From positions 14,200 through 78,199 of the forward strand of contig JAZJZK010000053.1 in assembly GCA_040389905.1 (NCBI GenBank): DNA of 64,000 bases, given 5' to 3'. Origin of the DNA: Gemmatimonadota bacterium (GTDB lineage: Bacteria; Gemmatimonadota; Gemmatimonadetes; Gemmatimonadales; Gemmatimonadaceae). The notes beneath the pieces are model-generated. The model saw only the letters and a list, made by a program, of their open reading frames with translations. It made no database searches and was not told where the DNA came from. Numbering within the stretch: the first letter of the stretch is position 1; each line of letters opens with the position of its first letter. Shown here one piece after another: positions 10,290-21,923 of the stretch. The translations under genes were made by a program, and so were the position numbers.

Positions 10290-10411
10290 CAGGTGCTCAG
10301 TGATCAGCCACGGCTGACAGAGCCTCAGGGGGTGTGGCGCTCGAGTTGCGATGCACCCAATCGCCACACCCCCTGTGACTCTGTTGGCTGCAGCTGGCTA
10401 CTGAGCACCTG
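10290..10411. repeat. 122-nt ungapped inverted repeat / long hairpin
   Basis: caggtgctcagt/actgagcacctg and cagggggtgtggcg/cgccacaccccctg pair in one register. Confidence 0.85.
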
Positions 10412-10481
10412 TCACAGCTGATGTCCGGCGAAGTGGAGCCAACTACGTAGAGAAGTTCGAGCGCGGGGTGTGCAACGACGG

Positions 10482-11609
10482 CTATAAGCGTGCGAACGCA
10501 GCCTGCGCGCGTGCCAGCGCCTCATCCGTCGAACCGCCGATGGCCGCGATGTGCCCCATCTTCCGCCCTGCGCGTGCACCGGACTTCCCGTAGAGAAAAA
10601 GCCGAGTGCCCTCGATCTCGAGTGCCTTGGCGAACGACGGAATTCGTCCGTCGAGCCAAAGGTCACCGAAAAGATTGACGATCGCCGCAGGCCGAATGGG
10701 CTCGGTGGCGCCAAGGGGGAGGTCACACACCGCACGAACGAGTTGCTCGAACTGGCTCGTCGGGCAGGCGAGTTCCGTCGCGTGAAACGAGTTGTGTGGA
10801 CGCGGCGCCAATTCGTTCACCAGCAGGCGGCCGTCTTGGAGCACGAACATCTCCACCGCGAGAATGCCTTCGAGCTCGAACGCACCCGCGATTTCGAGCG
10901 CGATCTCCCGCGCTTGCGCCAACAGCGTTGGTGGGAGCTCGCCCGGCATTACGCTCCACGCAAGGATTTGCTGCTCGTGATGATTGATCGCGGGCGGATA
11001 GACGACCATGTCGCCCGAGGGCCGTCGCGCCACGAGCACACTCAGCTCGAACGCGAGTGACAACCCCTGCTCGGCGACGGAGCGCCGGTGGCCAAGCGAC
11101 GCTATCGCATCATCCACATCTGTCGAAGCGGATGTCCGTAGCTGCGACCGGCCATCGTAACCGCCCTCGCACGCCTTCACGAACAGTTCGGATCCGAGCG
11201 TTGCCATGGCACTCGCGAGCATCGCCGGGGTTTCGACGACGGCGTACGGTCCGATGGGCACGCCGAGCTTCGATAACCATTCCTTCTGACGCGCGCGGTC
11301 GCGCACGATCCCAAGCACGAATGGACTCGGACGCACCGGCGCGTGCCGTTCCGCTGCGGCGAGCGCGGCACCACCGATCTGCTCGATCTCAAGCGTAATG
11401 ACGCTGCATTCACGTGCGAGCGACTCGGCGCCCGCTGCATCGTCGAAGCTGGCCACGACCATTCGATCGGCGACGGGTCTCGCGGCACAATCGGCGCTGG
11501 GGTCGAGCACCTGGACGCCGAAGCCGAGATTCCTCGCCGCAAGGGCGGTCATCCGCCCAAGCTGGCCGCCACCGAGGATACCGACGGTGGCGGGCGGAGA
11601 GATCGACAT
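10482..11609 (-). CDS. purK: N5-carboxyaminoimidazole ribonucleotide synthase
   Basis: GILGGGQLGRM, GGYDGR, NELAPRPHNS, SQFEQ, YGK...GRKMGH; TGATG overlap with purE. Confidence 0.96.
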   Translation of the reverse strand: MSISPPATVGILGGGQLGRMTALAARNLGFGVQVLDPSADCAARPVADRMVVASFDDAAGAESLARECSVITLEIEQIGGAALAAAERHAPVRPSPFVLGIVRDRARQKEWLSKLGVPIGPYAVVETPAMLASAMATLGSELFVKACEGGYDGRSQLRTSASTDVDDAIASLGHRRSVAEQGLSLAFELSVLVARRPSGDMVVYPPAINHHEQQILAWSVMPGELPPTLLAQAREIALEIAGAFELEGILAVEMFVLQDGRLLVNELAPRPHNSFHATELACPTSQFEQLVRAVCDLPLGATEPIRPAAIVNLFGDLWLDGRIPSFAKALEIEGTRLFLYGKSGARAGRKMGHIAAIGGSTDEALARAQAAFARL

Positions 11610-12133
11610 CAAGCGTGCGGGTGAGACAGATCGGCGTCGTCGAGCACCGCGGCCTCGCGCGCCGCACGCCATGCGCGCAGTCGCTCTCGAAGCGCGGGCC
11701 GCGAAATCGCCAGCATTGCGGCGGCAAGCAGCGCGGCATTGGCCGCACCGGGCTCACCAATCGCCAAGGTGCCAACGGGAACGCCTTTCGGCATCTGGAC
11801 GATCGAGAGCAGGGCGTCGACGCCATTCAGAGCGGTCGCGGGGATGGGCACGCCAAGCACGGGCAGGATCGTGAACGCCGCCACCATGCCGGGCAGGTGC
11901 GCGGCACCGCCAGCCGCCGCGATGATGATCTCGATCCCTCGGCCCTCCGCCGCCATGGCGTACTCGCGCATCCAGTTCGGCGTCCGGTGCGCCGATACGA
12001 CCTTGGCTTCGTGCGGGATCTGCAACTCGCTCAACATCTCGAGCGCAGCGGACATGACCTTGAGGTCGCTGCGGCTGCCCATGATCACGCCCACCAGGGG
12101 CGGGACGGACGTCGAATCGTGAGCTGAGGGCAT
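11609..12133 (-). CDS. purE: N5-CAIR mutase
   Basis: [34 protein letters not shown]. Confidence 0.97.
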   Translation of the reverse strand: MPSAHDSTSVPPLVGVIMGSRSDLKVMSAALEMLSELQIPHEAKVVSAHRTPNWMREYAMAAEGRGIEIIIAAAGGAAHLPGMVAAFTILPVLGVPIPATALNGVDALLSIVQMPKGVPVGTLAIGEPGAANAALLAAAMLAISRPALRERLRAWRAAREAAVLDDADLSHPHA

Positions 12134-12291
12134 GCGCGCTGGGAAAAAGTCGTCGGAGCAGTGGCGCGAAAGATAGTGCGACTGGCGAGATGAAGGCCAC
12201 CGCGACTCATCATGTCGCATGAAGCCCCGCAAACTGCTACCATTCCTGCTGGCGGGCGATGCTGCCCCCGTCTTCCGCACTCGCCCCGTCC

Positions 12292-13422
12292 ATGCCCTCT
12301 CCGTCTCGTCGGCAGTCATCAGCCGCCTGTGCGTTCGCGCTCGTCATCTTCTCGCTCGTTCTGTCGAGCTGCTCCCGCCGCGCGGCGGGAGGTGACGAGA
12401 TCGGTATTGCGGTTGCGCTCGATCCGCATCGCGCAGGAATGCAGACGATCTACAATGGCGTGCAACTCGCCGTGGATCAACTGAATCAGCAGCGCAACGG
12501 GAAGGCACCGCTGCGCATGATCAAGGGTGCGCCCGATGTCAGCGATCCAATCCGCATCGCGGAAACGTTCCGCGACAATCCGGCGGTCGTTGGCGTCGTC
12601 GGACATCCGGAGAGTGGCACGACACTCGATGCGATCGGTGAATACGCCGACACGAAGAACGGGGGCCGCAATGGCGTCGTCGCCATTTCGCCGACGGGAA
12701 CCAGTCCGGGGCTCACGGGCGCGAACAGGTGGCTCTTCCGCGTCTGCCCGAGCGACGTCCAGACGAGTCGCACGATGGCCCGTTACCTTCTGGACTCATT
12801 GAAGGCGATGCGTGCGAGCGTGATCTACCGCAACGACGCGTACGGGAAGGATTGGTCGAAGTCCTTTACCGACGCATATCGCGAAGGTCGCGGAACCGTT
12901 GTCGAGCGAGATCCCTACCTCGCCGGCGTCACGCCGTGGGACGCGTACGCGGCCTACATCAAGAAGCTCAATCCCGACGTCATCCTCTTTCCGGGCAGTA
13001 CGGAAGATGCCGTCCTGCTCCTGCGAGCAATGCGTGCGGTCGGTGTTGCTACGCCACTGGTTGGCGGCGACGCGACCTCTGGCCTCGAGGCGAACGCCGC
13101 GGAGTTCCCGACGGCGCGCTACGCCGCCTTTTTCCTGGCGCGTCGTGCCACCAGCCCCGAAGCGAAAGCGTTCATCACCGCGTACCGTGCCGCATACAAG
13201 GAAGATCCCGATCAACGCGCGGCATTGGCGTACGATGCCGCGATGTTGATCGGACGCGCGGCACTGGAGGTGGGTGCCGATCGCGCCGCCATTCGCGATT
13301 ACATCGAGTCGATCGACGGCACGCGTCGCCCGGCGGTGGCCGGTGTTGCCGGACCGATCGCCTTCGACGCGAAACATGACGCCATCAACAAACCGGTGGT
13401 CGTAGCGCAGGTCGGCAAATGA
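12292..13422 (+). CDS. LivJ/LivK-type periplasmic binding lipoprotein
   Basis: Lipobox [31 protein letters not shown]; start uncertain (12259 or 12292). Confidence 0.85.
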   Translation: MPSPSRRQSSAACAFALVIFSLVLSSCSRRAAGGDEIGIAVALDPHRAGMQTIYNGVQLAVDQLNQQRNGKAPLRMIKGAPDVSDPIRIAETFRDNPAVVGVVGHPESGTTLDAIGEYADTKNGGRNGVVAISPTGTSPGLTGANRWLFRVCPSDVQTSRTMARYLLDSLKAMRASVIYRNDAYGKDWSKSFTDAYREGRGTVVERDPYLAGVTPWDAYAAYIKKLNPDVILFPGSTEDAVLLLRAMRAVGVATPLVGGDATSGLEANAAEFPTARYAAFFLARRATSPEAKAFITAYRAAYKEDPDQRAALAYDAAMLIGRAALEVGADRAAIRDYIESIDGTRRPAVAGVAGPIAFDAKHDAINKPVVVAQVGK

Positions 13423-15125
13423 TGAGTTTGAACACGATTCGCGGCCGCCTTCAGGCCGGCTTCGGCGTTACGATACTGCTGATTCTCGTGGCTGGTGTGC
13501 TGGCGGGCTACGGCCTGCTCCGCGCCGGTGCGCGTAACGAAGCGGTCGTCGCCGAAATGCGCGTGCAGCAGGAAACGATGCAGCAGGTCGCCTTCCGCAT
13601 CCTGCGCGAGACGGCCGCCGGCATGCGCTATCTCAATACGGGCAATGCGTCGGACGAGAGTCGCTACAACGCGCTCGCCGACGAGGCGGACCGGCTGCGC
13701 CGCGAAGCGATCAAGCAGGACGTGATCACCGGGAGCGAGCGACAGAAGCTCAAGGATCTGGGCACGCTTCAGGCGACTGTCGAGGCAGGCATCGGAGCCG
13801 CGCATGCCTATGACGCGGTCGGTCGCAACGCGGATGCAACGGCCATTCTCGGGAAAACGTCGTCGGCACTCGACGAAGTGGACCGCACGCTCGAGTCACT
13901 TCGGCAGGAAGGCGCGCGGCAATTGAGCGATCGCCAGCACGAGGCCTCGTCGCTCCTGCAGCGGAATCTCTATCTCCTGGGACTCGTCGTGTTCGCCGCG
14001 CTGGTCGTCGGCATCGTGTCCAGCGTGACCACGTCGCGCGCCGTCACTCGGCCGCTGGCTGCGCTGACGCGCGATCTGCTCGCGATTGGTCGCGGCGACC
14101 TGCGTCGCAGTGATCTCCAGCGGGAGGTCAAGGGTGCGGCGGAATACGAAGCATTGGCGAGCGCGTTCGATCAGGCGCGCGAACGGCTGCGCGGTTTGGT
14201 GGCGGAGATGAAGCGCCAGTCGGACGACGTTGCCGGTGCCGCCGCAGAACTCGCGGAAGCAGCGGGTGGTGCGTCGGGAAGCACGCAGCATGTCGCGACG
14301 GCCGTCACCGAAATGGCGCATGGGGCGGGACAGCAGCTCGACGTGCTCACCGGTGCCGGCAGTGCCGTCACGCAACTCGCCGCTTCCGGCCGGACGATTG
14401 GCGAAGCGGTGAAGGAGAGCCAGGCACGCGGCCGCGAGATTCGCGTCTCCGCAACGAGTACTGCCTTGGAAATCGGCAAGGCGGTGGACACGCTGCTCGC
14501 GGCTCGTGAAGTGTTCGACCGCAGCGCCAGGGAAATCAACTCGCTGCGTGAGTCACTTGGCGTGGTAGACGAATTCGCGACGACGATCTCCGAGATTGCG
14601 TCGCAGACCAACCTGCTCGCGCTCAACGCGGCCATCGAAGCCGCGCGCGCGGGCGACGCCGGTCGTGGTTTTGCCGTTGTTGCCGAGGAAGTGCGCAAGC
14701 TTGCCGAGCAGAGCTCGCGCGCGGCGCACGAGGTGACGGCGAATGTCGGCCGTATCCGCGAAGGCGTGCTCGGTACGTCGCGCGCTGTCGAGAGCGGCAC
14801 GACGCAAATGAAGGACGTGAGCAAGGTGGCCGATTCAGCACGGCTCGCCCTCTCGCAGATTCAGGCGGCGGTGGAGCGCGTCGAGGATGCGTCCAACCGT
14901 GTATCCGAGGCGGTGAGTGGCAATGCCAGCGCCATCGCACTCGTCGAGGATGCGATCGCCAAGGCCGGCGATACGGCGCAGAGCCATGCGGCGTCTGCAG
15001 AGGAGGTTGCGGCGGCAACAGAAGAGACGTCGGCGTCGGTCGAGGAACTCGAGGCGACGAGTCACATGCTCAACGATTCGGCGCGTCGCGTTCGTGAGAA
15101 AGTAAATGAGTTTGTGGTGGAGTAG
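13419..15125 (+). CDS. Methyl-accepting chemotaxis protein
   Basis: Two TM helices, [42 protein letters not shown]. Confidence 0.96.
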   Translation: MMSLNTIRGRLQAGFGVTILLILVAGVLAGYGLLRAGARNEAVVAEMRVQQETMQQVAFRILRETAAGMRYLNTGNASDESRYNALADEADRLRREAIKQDVITGSERQKLKDLGTLQATVEAGIGAAHAYDAVGRNADATAILGKTSSALDEVDRTLESLRQEGARQLSDRQHEASSLLQRNLYLLGLVVFAALVVGIVSSVTTSRAVTRPLAALTRDLLAIGRGDLRRSDLQREVKGAAEYEALASAFDQARERLRGLVAEMKRQSDDVAGAAAELAEAAGGASGSTQHVATAVTEMAHGAGQQLDVLTGAGSAVTQLAASGRTIGEAVKESQARGREIRVSATSTALEIGKAVDTLLAAREVFDRSAREINSLRESLGVVDEFATTISEIASQTNLLALNAAIEAARAGDAGRGFAVVAEEVRKLAEQSSRAAHEVTANVGRIREGVLGTSRAVESGTTQMKDVSKVADSARLALSQIQAAVERVEDASNRVSEAVSGNASAIALVEDAIAKAGDTAQSHAASAEEVAAATEETSASVEELEATSHMLNDSARRVREKVNEFVVE

Positions 15126-15825
15126 CGCTCGATTTCTGTTGCTCGGCGTACTGTGCGCGCGAGCAGTGGGCGCGCAGGCCGCCGTGGACTCGACGCACGG
15201 GAACGTGTACGGCATCATCACTGACTCGACGGCGCGGGGCATTGCAGGTGCGACGGTGGGGATCGTCGGTGCTGAGAGTGACGCGATCACGGACGAACGT
15301 GGCCGTTTCTCCTTCGCCGGCGTCCCCATTGGACAACGGATGCTGCACGTTCGCGCGATCGGGTACTTACAACGCCTCGTTGCGATCGAGGTGACGGGCG
15401 CGGAAACCGTGGATGGCTCGGTCGTGCTCCAGCGCCTCGGGCAACTCCTCGACACCATGCGCGTCGTCGCGCGGTCGCCGTATGACAAGCCGGCGCGCCT
15501 CAACTACACGACCAAGTACGACGACTTCTATCAGCGCCGTCGCGTTGGATCGGGAGCGTACTACACGCGGGAGCAACTGGACGCGTTCGAAGGCATGCGG
15601 ACCGCGAGTGACATCGTGGAGCGCATCCCGTTTCTCGTGCAGAAGGGGAACAGTACGGGGAACCGGTGTCCGGCGCCGCGACTCTTCGTCGATGGGCTTC
15701 CGGCGAATGGCGATGTGCTGACGTTCTTGCGAGCGACGGATGTCGAGGCGGTCGAGTACTACCGCGGCGTCTCGAATGGCGCGTTGGGAGTCGCAGGGTG
15801 TTCGCTCTACGTGTGGACGCGCTGA
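15106..15825 (+). CDS. Carboxypeptidase-regulatory-like domain plus plug-like domain protein
   Basis: Signal peptide; G.ITD...I.GATV...TDERGRF...RAIGY; FVDG...[10 protein letters not shown]...VWTR. Confidence 0.7.
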   Translation: MSLWWSSARFLLLGVLCARAVGAQAAVDSTHGNVYGIITDSTARGIAGATVGIVGAESDAITDERGRFSFAGVPIGQRMLHVRAIGYLQRLVAIEVTGAETVDGSVVLQRLGQLLDTMRVVARSPYDKPARLNYTTKYDDFYQRRRVGSGAYYTREQLDAFEGMRTASDIVERIPFLVQKGNSTGNRCPAPRLFVDGLPANGDVLTFLRATDVEAVEYYRGVSNGALGVAGCSLYVWTR

Positions 15826-15961
15826 GACCGATGGGTGTTGCGCGTTGGACGAATTATCTCGCGTTCTCAAGCCACAATGACCCAGTTTTCGTAGCGATGC
15901 ACCCTGGGTCGGTGGGGCCGGCAGTGGCGCCACGGAAATGACCAACGCGGGCAACTGGCTG

Positions 15962-15995
15962 GAAAAGAAAAAGACCGCTCATCGCGGCCTTCTTC
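15962..15995 (-). terminator. Intrinsic terminator downstream of tRNA-Asn
   Basis: Minus strand aggccgc-gatga-gcggtct followed by ttttcttttcc. Confidence 0.7.
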
Positions 15996-16000
15996 CTAAG

Positions 16001-16074
16001 CTCCCCAGGTAGGACTTGAACCTACGACCCTTCGATTAACAGTCGAATGCTCTGACCAACTGAGCTACTGGGGA
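16001..16074 (-). tRNA. tRNA-Asn(GTT)
   Basis: TCCCCAG-TAGCTCAGTTGGTCAGAGC-A-TTCGA CTGTTAA TCGAA-GGGTC-GTAGGTTCAAGTCCTAC-CTGGGGA-G; CCA not encoded. Confidence 0.97.
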
Positions 16075-16097
16075 ATGTGTTCTGCTACAGACACTCA

Positions 16098-16125
16098 AAT
16101 TTAGTGGACCCCTGAGCGAAGTCAA
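16098..16125 (-). promoter_or_regulatory. Putative sigma70 promoter of tRNA-Asn
   Basis: TTGACT-16 nt-TAAATT on the minus strand just upstream of the tRNA. Confidence 0.55.
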
Positions 16126-16130
16126 TCGGC

Positions 16131-19043
16131 TCAGGACGCCCGCGCCCGTCGATTCGGTGCGATAGCCGACACAATTTTCGGAGTCGCCCCATGCTGCGCG
16201 CGCTTGCGCCCTGAAGGCTGATCCCAGTCGGGGAGCACGGTCCGGAGCCAGAGGCCGGTGTGTGATGCGGAGACGCCCGCGACCTCTTCCGGCCGACCGA
16301 AAGCAACGATCTCTCCGCCGTCGGCTCCGGCCTCTGGCCCCAGGTCGATCACCCAGTCCGCGAGCTTGATGACGTCGAGGTTGTGCTCGATGAGCACGAG
16401 GGTGTGACCGTTGTCCACGAGCCGGTCGAACACCGCGGACAACTTCCGGATATCGTCGAGATGAAGCCCCGTCGTCGGCTCGTCCATGATATACAGCTTG
16501 CGCCCGGACTTCTTCGCGCCGAAGACGAGTTCGCGCGCGACCTTGAGCCGCTGCGCCTCACCACCGGAGAGCGTCGTGGCGGGCTGGCCGAGGCGAAGGT
16601 AACCGAGCCCGACTTGCTGGAGCTGCCAGAGTGCCTGCCCGAGCTTCTCCTCGTATGGGAAGAAGCGGATCGCCTCGTCGACGGTCATGTCGAGCACGTC
16701 GGTGACGCTCTTGCCGAAGTACTTCACTTCGAGGACAGCCGGCTTGAATCGCTTGCCGGCGCAATCGTCGCAGGGAACGAAGACGTCGGCCATGAAGACC
16801 ATCTCGACTTCGAGATAACCCGCGCCTTCACACGTTTCGCAGCGGCCACCGGCGACATTGAAACTGAACGTTCCCGCCGTGTATCCACGTTGCCGCGCGG
16901 CAGGAAGCGCCGCGAAGATTCGACGAATCTCGTCGAAGGCCTTCACGTACGTGACCGGATTCGAACGCGGTGACTTGCCGATGGGACTTTGATCGACCAG
17001 CACGACCGCATCGAGGGCTTCGTAGCCCGTGAGCGCATCGAACGCACCGACGCGTTCACCGAGATGCTGCTTGGCGGAGTGTTCACCTGTGAGCTTGGTC
17101 TCGAGCGCGCGCATGAGGACGTCGTGGATCAACGTGCTCTTCCCACTGCCGGAGACTCCGGTCACGGCGGTGACGGTGCCGAGTGGAATGCGGACGTCGA
17201 CGTTCTTGAGGTTGTGTTCGCGCGCGCCGGTGAGCGTGAGCCACAGTGGCCCGATGCGGCGGCGCGTCGCGGGAACGGGGATGGATTTCTCGCCGCTCAG
17301 GTAGCCTCCCGTCAGCGGGCTCTCGTGCACGCGCGACATCGGCCCGGAGAAGACGAGCTGGCCGCCCTTCTCACCACTGTGTGGGCCCAACTCGACCATG
17401 TAGTCCGCGGCACGAATCGCTTCGAGATCGTGTTCGACGACCAGCACCGTGTTCCCGGTGTCGCGCAACCGAAGGAGAAGCTTGAGCAGCCGGTCCATGT
17501 CGCGCGAATGCAGTCCGATCGACGGCTCGTCGAGTACATAGAGTGTATCGACGAGTCGCGAGCCGAGTGAGTTCGCGAGCCCGATGCGCTGCGCTTCGCC
17601 GCCGGAGAGCGTGCGGGTGGCGCGGTTGAGCGAGAGATAATTCAGGCCAACATCGCACAGGAAGCGCACGCGATCCTGTGCCTCCTTCAGGATGTGCGCG
17701 GCGATTTCCTGATCGAACGCCGAGAGTTCGAGCGCGTCGAGCCATGTGGTGAGCGTGCCGACGGGGAAATCGCTGACTTCGGCGATGTTCCGTCCGCCGA
17801 CGTGCACGTGCAGCGACTCGGGCTGCAGCTTGCTCCCGTGACAGCCGGGACACTCCTGCGCGGTTTGATACTGCCGGAGGAAGACGCGGATGTACTGCTT
17901 GTAGCGCTTGTCCTCGAGATCGCGGAGGAAGGGAAGGATGCCCTTGAATCCGCGAATGTTCGCATTGAGCAGCCGCTCGCGATGCTTGCCTGAGAGATCG
18001 CGCCACGGCGTATCCATCGAGATGCCTTCCTTCTTCGCGTACTCGGCGAGGGTGCGGCGCTTGTTGTCGTAGCGCGGCTTGGTCCACGGATCGATGGCTC
18101 CCTCGCGCAGCGACCGTTCAGGATACGGGACGATGAGGATCTCATCGTATTCGAGAATGGCGCCGAAGCCGTTGCAGGTGGTGCAGGCGCCGCGTGGGGA
18201 GTTGAACGAGAACAGTTGCGGCGTCGGCGACGGTGCCGTCGTTCCGTCGTTCGGGCACTCGAAGCGCTCGGTGAACTTGAGTCGCGACACCCGCTTCCCG
18301 CTCTTCGCGTCGGTGATCGCTTCGGCGAGCAGAATCGATGCGTCGCCATAGCCCTCGCGGAAGGCCGTGGACACGGCGTCGGCGAGCCGGCCACGCGTCT
18401 CGGGATTGACGACGAGTCGGTCGATGACGACGAGGACTTCTTTCGCGAACGTGACGTCCACGTTCTCGTTGTCCAGGTCGTCGAGGTGCTTGACGACGCC
18501 ATCGAGGCTCACGCGCACGAAGCCTTGCGCGCGAAGGTTTTCCATCACGACTTCGTGCGAGACCTCGCTCGACATCTTGAGTGGAGCGGCCACATAGAAT
18601 CGCGTGCCCGGTGGGAGCGCGAGCACGGTGTCGGTCACGGACTGCACCGTATCCGGCCGGATTTCACGCCCGCACTTGGCGCACATCGTGTGTCCGACGC
18701 GCGCCCACAGCAGGCGCAGATAGTCGTAAATCTCCGTCGAGGTTCCGACGGTGGAGCGTGATGTCTTGGTCGGGTTCTTCTGTTCGATCGCGACCGCAGG
18801 GGACAGTCCGTCGATAAGGTCGACGTCGGGCTTCTCCATGCGCTCGAGGAACTGTCGCGCGTAGGAGGAGAGCGATTCGACGTACCGCCGCTGGCCTTCC
18901 GCGTAGATGGTGTCGAAGGCGAGTGAGGACTTCCCGGAGCCGGAGGGCCCGGTGATGACGGTGAAGGTGCGGCGCGGGATTTCGAGGTCGAACCCCTTGA
19001 GATTATGCTGCCGCGCGCCGCGAACGAGGATCTTGTCCTTCAT
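16131..19043 (-). CDS. uvrA: Excinuclease ABC subunit UvrA
   Basis: [22 protein letters not shown], two LSGGEAQR signatures, zinc fingers. Confidence 0.97.
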   Translation of the reverse strand: MKDKILVRGARQHNLKGFDLEIPRRTFTVITGPSGSGKSSLAFDTIYAEGQRRYVESLSSYARQFLERMEKPDVDLIDGLSPAVAIEQKNPTKTSRSTVGTSTEIYDYLRLLWARVGHTMCAKCGREIRPDTVQSVTDTVLALPPGTRFYVAAPLKMSSEVSHEVVMENLRAQGFVRVSLDGVVKHLDDLDNENVDVTFAKEVLVVIDRLVVNPETRGRLADAVSTAFREGYGDASILLAEAITDAKSGKRVSRLKFTERFECPNDGTTAPSPTPQLFSFNSPRGACTTCNGFGAILEYDEILIVPYPERSLREGAIDPWTKPRYDNKRRTLAEYAKKEGISMDTPWRDLSGKHRERLLNANIRGFKGILPFLRDLEDKRYKQYIRVFLRQYQTAQECPGCHGSKLQPESLHVHVGGRNIAEVSDFPVGTLTTWLDALELSAFDQEIAAHILKEAQDRVRFLCDVGLNYLSLNRATRTLSGGEAQRIGLANSLGSRLVDTLYVLDEPSIGLHSRDMDRLLKLLLRLRDTGNTVLVVEHDLEAIRAADYMVELGPHSGEKGGQLVFSGPMSRVHESPLTGGYLSGEKSIPVPATRRRIGPLWLTLTGAREHNLKNVDVRIPLGTVTAVTGVSGSGKSTLIHDVLMRALETKLTGEHSAKQHLGERVGAFDALTGYEALDAVVLVDQSPIGKSPRSNPVTYVKAFDEIRRIFAALPAARQRGYTAGTFSFNVAGGRCETCEGAGYLEVEMVFMADVFVPCDDCAGKRFKPAVLEVKYFGKSVTDVLDMTVDEAIRFFPYEEKLGQALWQLQQVGLGYLRLGQPATTLSGGEAQRLKVARELVFGAKKSGRKLYIMDEPTTGLHLDDIRKLSAVFDRLVDNGHTLVLIEHNLDVIKLADWVIDLGPEAGADGGEIVAFGRPEEVAGVSASHTGLWLRTVLPDWDQPSGRKRAQHGATPKIVSAIAPNRRARAS

Positions 19044-19072
19044 GTCTCAAAGGTAGCAATCTGCACGCTCGA

Positions 19073-19190
19073 GTTGTCGCCCTGACACCTTCGTCGCTTG
19101 CACTCCTCGAGGGCAGGCGAGCGAAGAGCCTGCACCTCCCGATGTCGGAAGAAGTGCAGGCCCTTCGCATCGCTCAGGGCGACAAAACGC
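19073..19190. repeat. REP-like family A element
   Basis: ttgtcgccctga...gcgaagagcctgcac...gtgcaggcccttcgc...tcagggcgacaa palindrome. Confidence 0.8.
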
Positions 19191-19195
19191 TCAGA

Positions 19196-19465
19196 TCACA
19201 GCGTCGTCGTGCTGCGACTCCGCGTGGACAGGCGGTAGACCCAGAGAAGGAGCATGGCGCCGACGACGGCCAGCAGAATGCTCCACAGAGAGAACCCGTT
19301 GAGTCCGGAACCCGTGAGCGTGTTGCCGATGAATCCGCCGACGAAGGCACCGACGATACCGATGATCATTGTAACGATGGCGCCACCCGGATCTTTCCCG
19401 GGCATGAGCGCTTTCGCGATCGCACCGGCGATCAATCCGAGCACGATCCAAGCGAGAATACCCAT
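19196..19465 (-). CDS. GlsB/YeaQ/YmgE family stress membrane protein
   Basis: MGILAWIVLGLIAGAIAKALMPG...IGIVGAFVGG; GGAGG RBS. Confidence 0.93.
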   Translation of the reverse strand: MGILAWIVLGLIAGAIAKALMPGKDPGGAIVTMIIGIVGAFVGGFIGNTLTGSGLNGFSLWSILLAVVGAMLLLWVYRLSTRSRSTTTL

Positions 19466-19710
19466 TGTACGGCCTCCGAGAGTGAGTGTGGGACAGGCGC
19501 GTACTAACGCAACGGGCGTACCAAACACGGGGGGAAGGGGACGGGGGACAGGGGACAGGAAAGGCCGAGCGACGGAACAGATGTCTTTCACGCTTGCCAG
19601 TCTCTAGAGCGGCCGATAGTTTCCGCCCCTACTGGGTCCCCGGGCCAAACAACTCGAGGCTCATGTTTCGGCCGTCCGCGCTGTAGTCCTTCTGCGCTCA
19701 AGCCCTCCTA

Positions 19711-21141
19711 ATGCCCGTCCTTCAGCTCGACGATCAGCAGTTCCCGCTCAACACGGGTTCAACCCGGATCGGCGCCGGTGCAGGCGCCGACGTCGTCGTC
19801 CCGGGCTACTCCGCCCTGGCGGTCGAAGCGGTCATCGATAGCGGTGCGACGCCGACGATTCGCCGAGCGGAGGAATCCGCCCACGTGCGCGTCAACGGCG
19901 TCCTCCTCGGCGCAGAACCCACGCCGCTGATGCATGGCGACAAGGTCGAGATCGCCGGTCTCGAACTCCGCTATGCCGACGATGCGAAGGGCGGCGCCAC
20001 CCAGTTTGTCAGCGCGAGCGAAATTGCCGCGCTGGCCGGCGCCAAACGCACCGGCGCTGCCCGTGCAACGGCGGCCTCAGGAGGTCGTCTCGTTTCCCTT
20101 GTCGACGGGAAGGAGTACACCATCGCCGATTCCGGGATCGTCTTTGGACGCGATGCGTCCTGCGACGTGGTGGTGGCGCAGAATGAGGTATCGCGGCGCC
20201 ATGCGGAAATCGCACCGGCCGATCAGGGCTATGTGCTGAAGGACACGAGTGCGAACGGTTTGTTTGTGAACGGTGTGAAAGTGCAGGGCTCACAAGTCCT
20301 TACGCGCGCCGATGTCGTGCGCGTCGGCACCGAGGAGTTCCGCTTCTACGCCGACGTGCTGGCACCGACCGCCGCGAAGGCGCCAACCCCGGCGGCGGCA
20401 ATGCCGGTCGTTCCGCCACCAGCGCCCGCAGCTCCGACGCCAGCGGAATCCGCGCTGCCAGAGATGGATCTGGCACCGGCGATGCCGGCGCCTGTACCCG
20501 CAGCTCCCCCGGCCGAACCTCCGGCTGCCGCCGCGCCGCCACCTGCGGCGCCCGTCAAGGCAGCGCCGCCGCCTCCCAAGCCGGTAGTGGTTGAAGATTC
20601 TCGGCCGGTTGTGGCGATACTCGAGAGTATGAACGAAGGCCCGGCAAAGGGGACCAAGCACGAGTTGCGCACCATTCTCGGCCACGTGGGCAGAGGACCG
20701 GCGAACGATATCACGCTGAATGACGAGAGTGTGAGCGACACGCATGCGAAGCTCCAGAAGCGCGATGATGGCTGGTACGTCGTGGACATGGGTTCGACGA
20801 ACGGCACCTACGTCGGTGGGACGCGCGTGACGGGCGAGAAGCGTATCGAGGGTTCGCCAGATGTTCGCTTCGGCGGCCTGAAGTTCCGGTTCACTGCGGT
20901 CGGTGCGACCGCGGACGAACTCGAGGCCAAGGCGACGCGAGCGATTGCACCGCAGGCGCGCCCGTCTGCCGCAGCGTCAAGTTCCCCTGCGGCAAAGGCC
21001 CCCGCACCAGTCCAGCCCGCCGCGCCGCCAGCACCTGTCGCACCGGCCAAGAGCGGTGGCGTCCCAGTCGTCGTATGGATCGTCGTTGCCGTGGTGGTGA
21101 TCGCGGCGGTGGCGTTCTTCCTGCTGAAGGGAAACGCGTGA
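19711..21141 (+). CDS. Multi-FHA-domain membrane-anchored protein
   Basis: Two clear FHA domains (GR...VSRRHA...SANG; GR...VSDTHA...STNGT), a degenerate N-terminal FHA, Pro/Ala linkers, C-terminal TM. Confidence 0.88.
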   Translation: MPVLQLDDQQFPLNTGSTRIGAGAGADVVVPGYSALAVEAVIDSGATPTIRRAEESAHVRVNGVLLGAEPTPLMHGDKVEIAGLELRYADDAKGGATQFVSASEIAALAGAKRTGAARATAASGGRLVSLVDGKEYTIADSGIVFGRDASCDVVVAQNEVSRRHAEIAPADQGYVLKDTSANGLFVNGVKVQGSQVLTRADVVRVGTEEFRFYADVLAPTAAKAPTPAAAMPVVPPPAPAAPTPAESALPEMDLAPAMPAPVPAAPPAEPPAAAAPPPAAPVKAAPPPPKPVVVEDSRPVVAILESMNEGPAKGTKHELRTILGHVGRGPANDITLNDESVSDTHAKLQKRDDGWYVVDMGSTNGTYVGGTRVTGEKRIEGSPDVRFGGLKFRFTAVGATADELEAKATRAIAPQARPSAAASSSPAAKAPAPVQPAAPPAPVAPAKSGGVPVVVWIVVAVVVIAAVAFFLLKGNA

Positions 21142-21923
21142 GGCTTCTCCATTCAGCGCGCACGGACGTCGGCATGATCCGGTCCGGCAACGAAGACAAT
21201 TTCACCGTCGACGCCAACCCCGAACGGGGCATCTACATCGTTGCGGATGGCATGGGCGGGCACGCGGCGGGTGAGGTTGCCAGCGAGATGGCGGTGCAGA
21301 TCATCCAGCGTGAGCTCAAGCAGGTTACCGATCTCGAGACGGAATCGGTTGCCAAATTGACGGCCGATACACTGCGCCTCGCGAACCGTGCGATCCACGA
21401 CCGGACGATTACGGAAGTGGACAAGCAAGGCATGGGCACCACGGCATCGGTGCTCGTGATCTCGGGGGCGAAATATCTCATCGGACAGGTCGGTGACTCG
21501 AGAGTCTACCTCCTCCGTGACGGGGCGCTCACCCAGCTCACCAAGGATCACTCCTACGTCCAGGAGCAGGTGGACGCCGGATTCCTGACGCCGGAGCAGG
21601 CGCGCTATCACCCCTACAGCAACGTGATCACGCGCTGCGTAGGTGCGAGCCCGGACGTGGAGCCGGATGTCTATCGCGGTGAGGTCCGCACCGGTGACCT
21701 GTTCCTGGTCGCCAGCGACGGTCTCACCGGCATGGTCGACGACCGCCGGCTTGGCCAACTCCTCGGCTCACGCGCGGAACCTGACCGCAAGGTGCAGGCG
21801 CTCATCTCGGAAGCGAACGGCCGCGGGGGACTCGACAACATCACCGCGATCATCGTCCAGGTGCTCGACTCCGGAGATGGACTGGCCGACAGCAAGACGG
21901 TGGAGATCAGGTCGGTTGGCTGA
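21138..21923 (+). CDS. PP2C-type Ser/Thr phosphatase (Stp1/PrpC family)
   Basis: R..NED, VADGMGGH, MGTT, VGDSR, SDGL, GG.DNIT; GTGA overlap with FHA gene. Confidence 0.95.
   Translation: MRLLHSARTDVGMIRSGNEDNFTVDANPERGIYIVADGMGGHAAGEVASEMAVQIIQRELKQVTDLETESVAKLTADTLRLANRAIHDRTITEVDKQGMGTTASVLVISGAKYLIGQVGDSRVYLLRDGALTQLTKDHSYVQEQVDAGFLTPEQARYHPYSNVITRCVGASPDVEPDVYRGEVRTGDLFLVASDGLTGMVDDRRLGQLLGSRAEPDRKVQALISEANGRGGLDNITAIIVQVLDSGDGLADSKTVEIRSVG

Noticed and set aside
10290..10411. 6S or SRP RNA call for the long hairpin
   Set aside because: No central bubble typical of 6S and no SRP domain IV GGAA-loop motif
15826..16074. tRNA-Asn as an island integration site
   Set aside because: No integrase and no duplicated tRNA 3' end noticed in the window
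20360..20590. GC-rich quasi-repeats inside the FHA gene
   Set aside because: Explained by a Pro/Ala low-complexity linker
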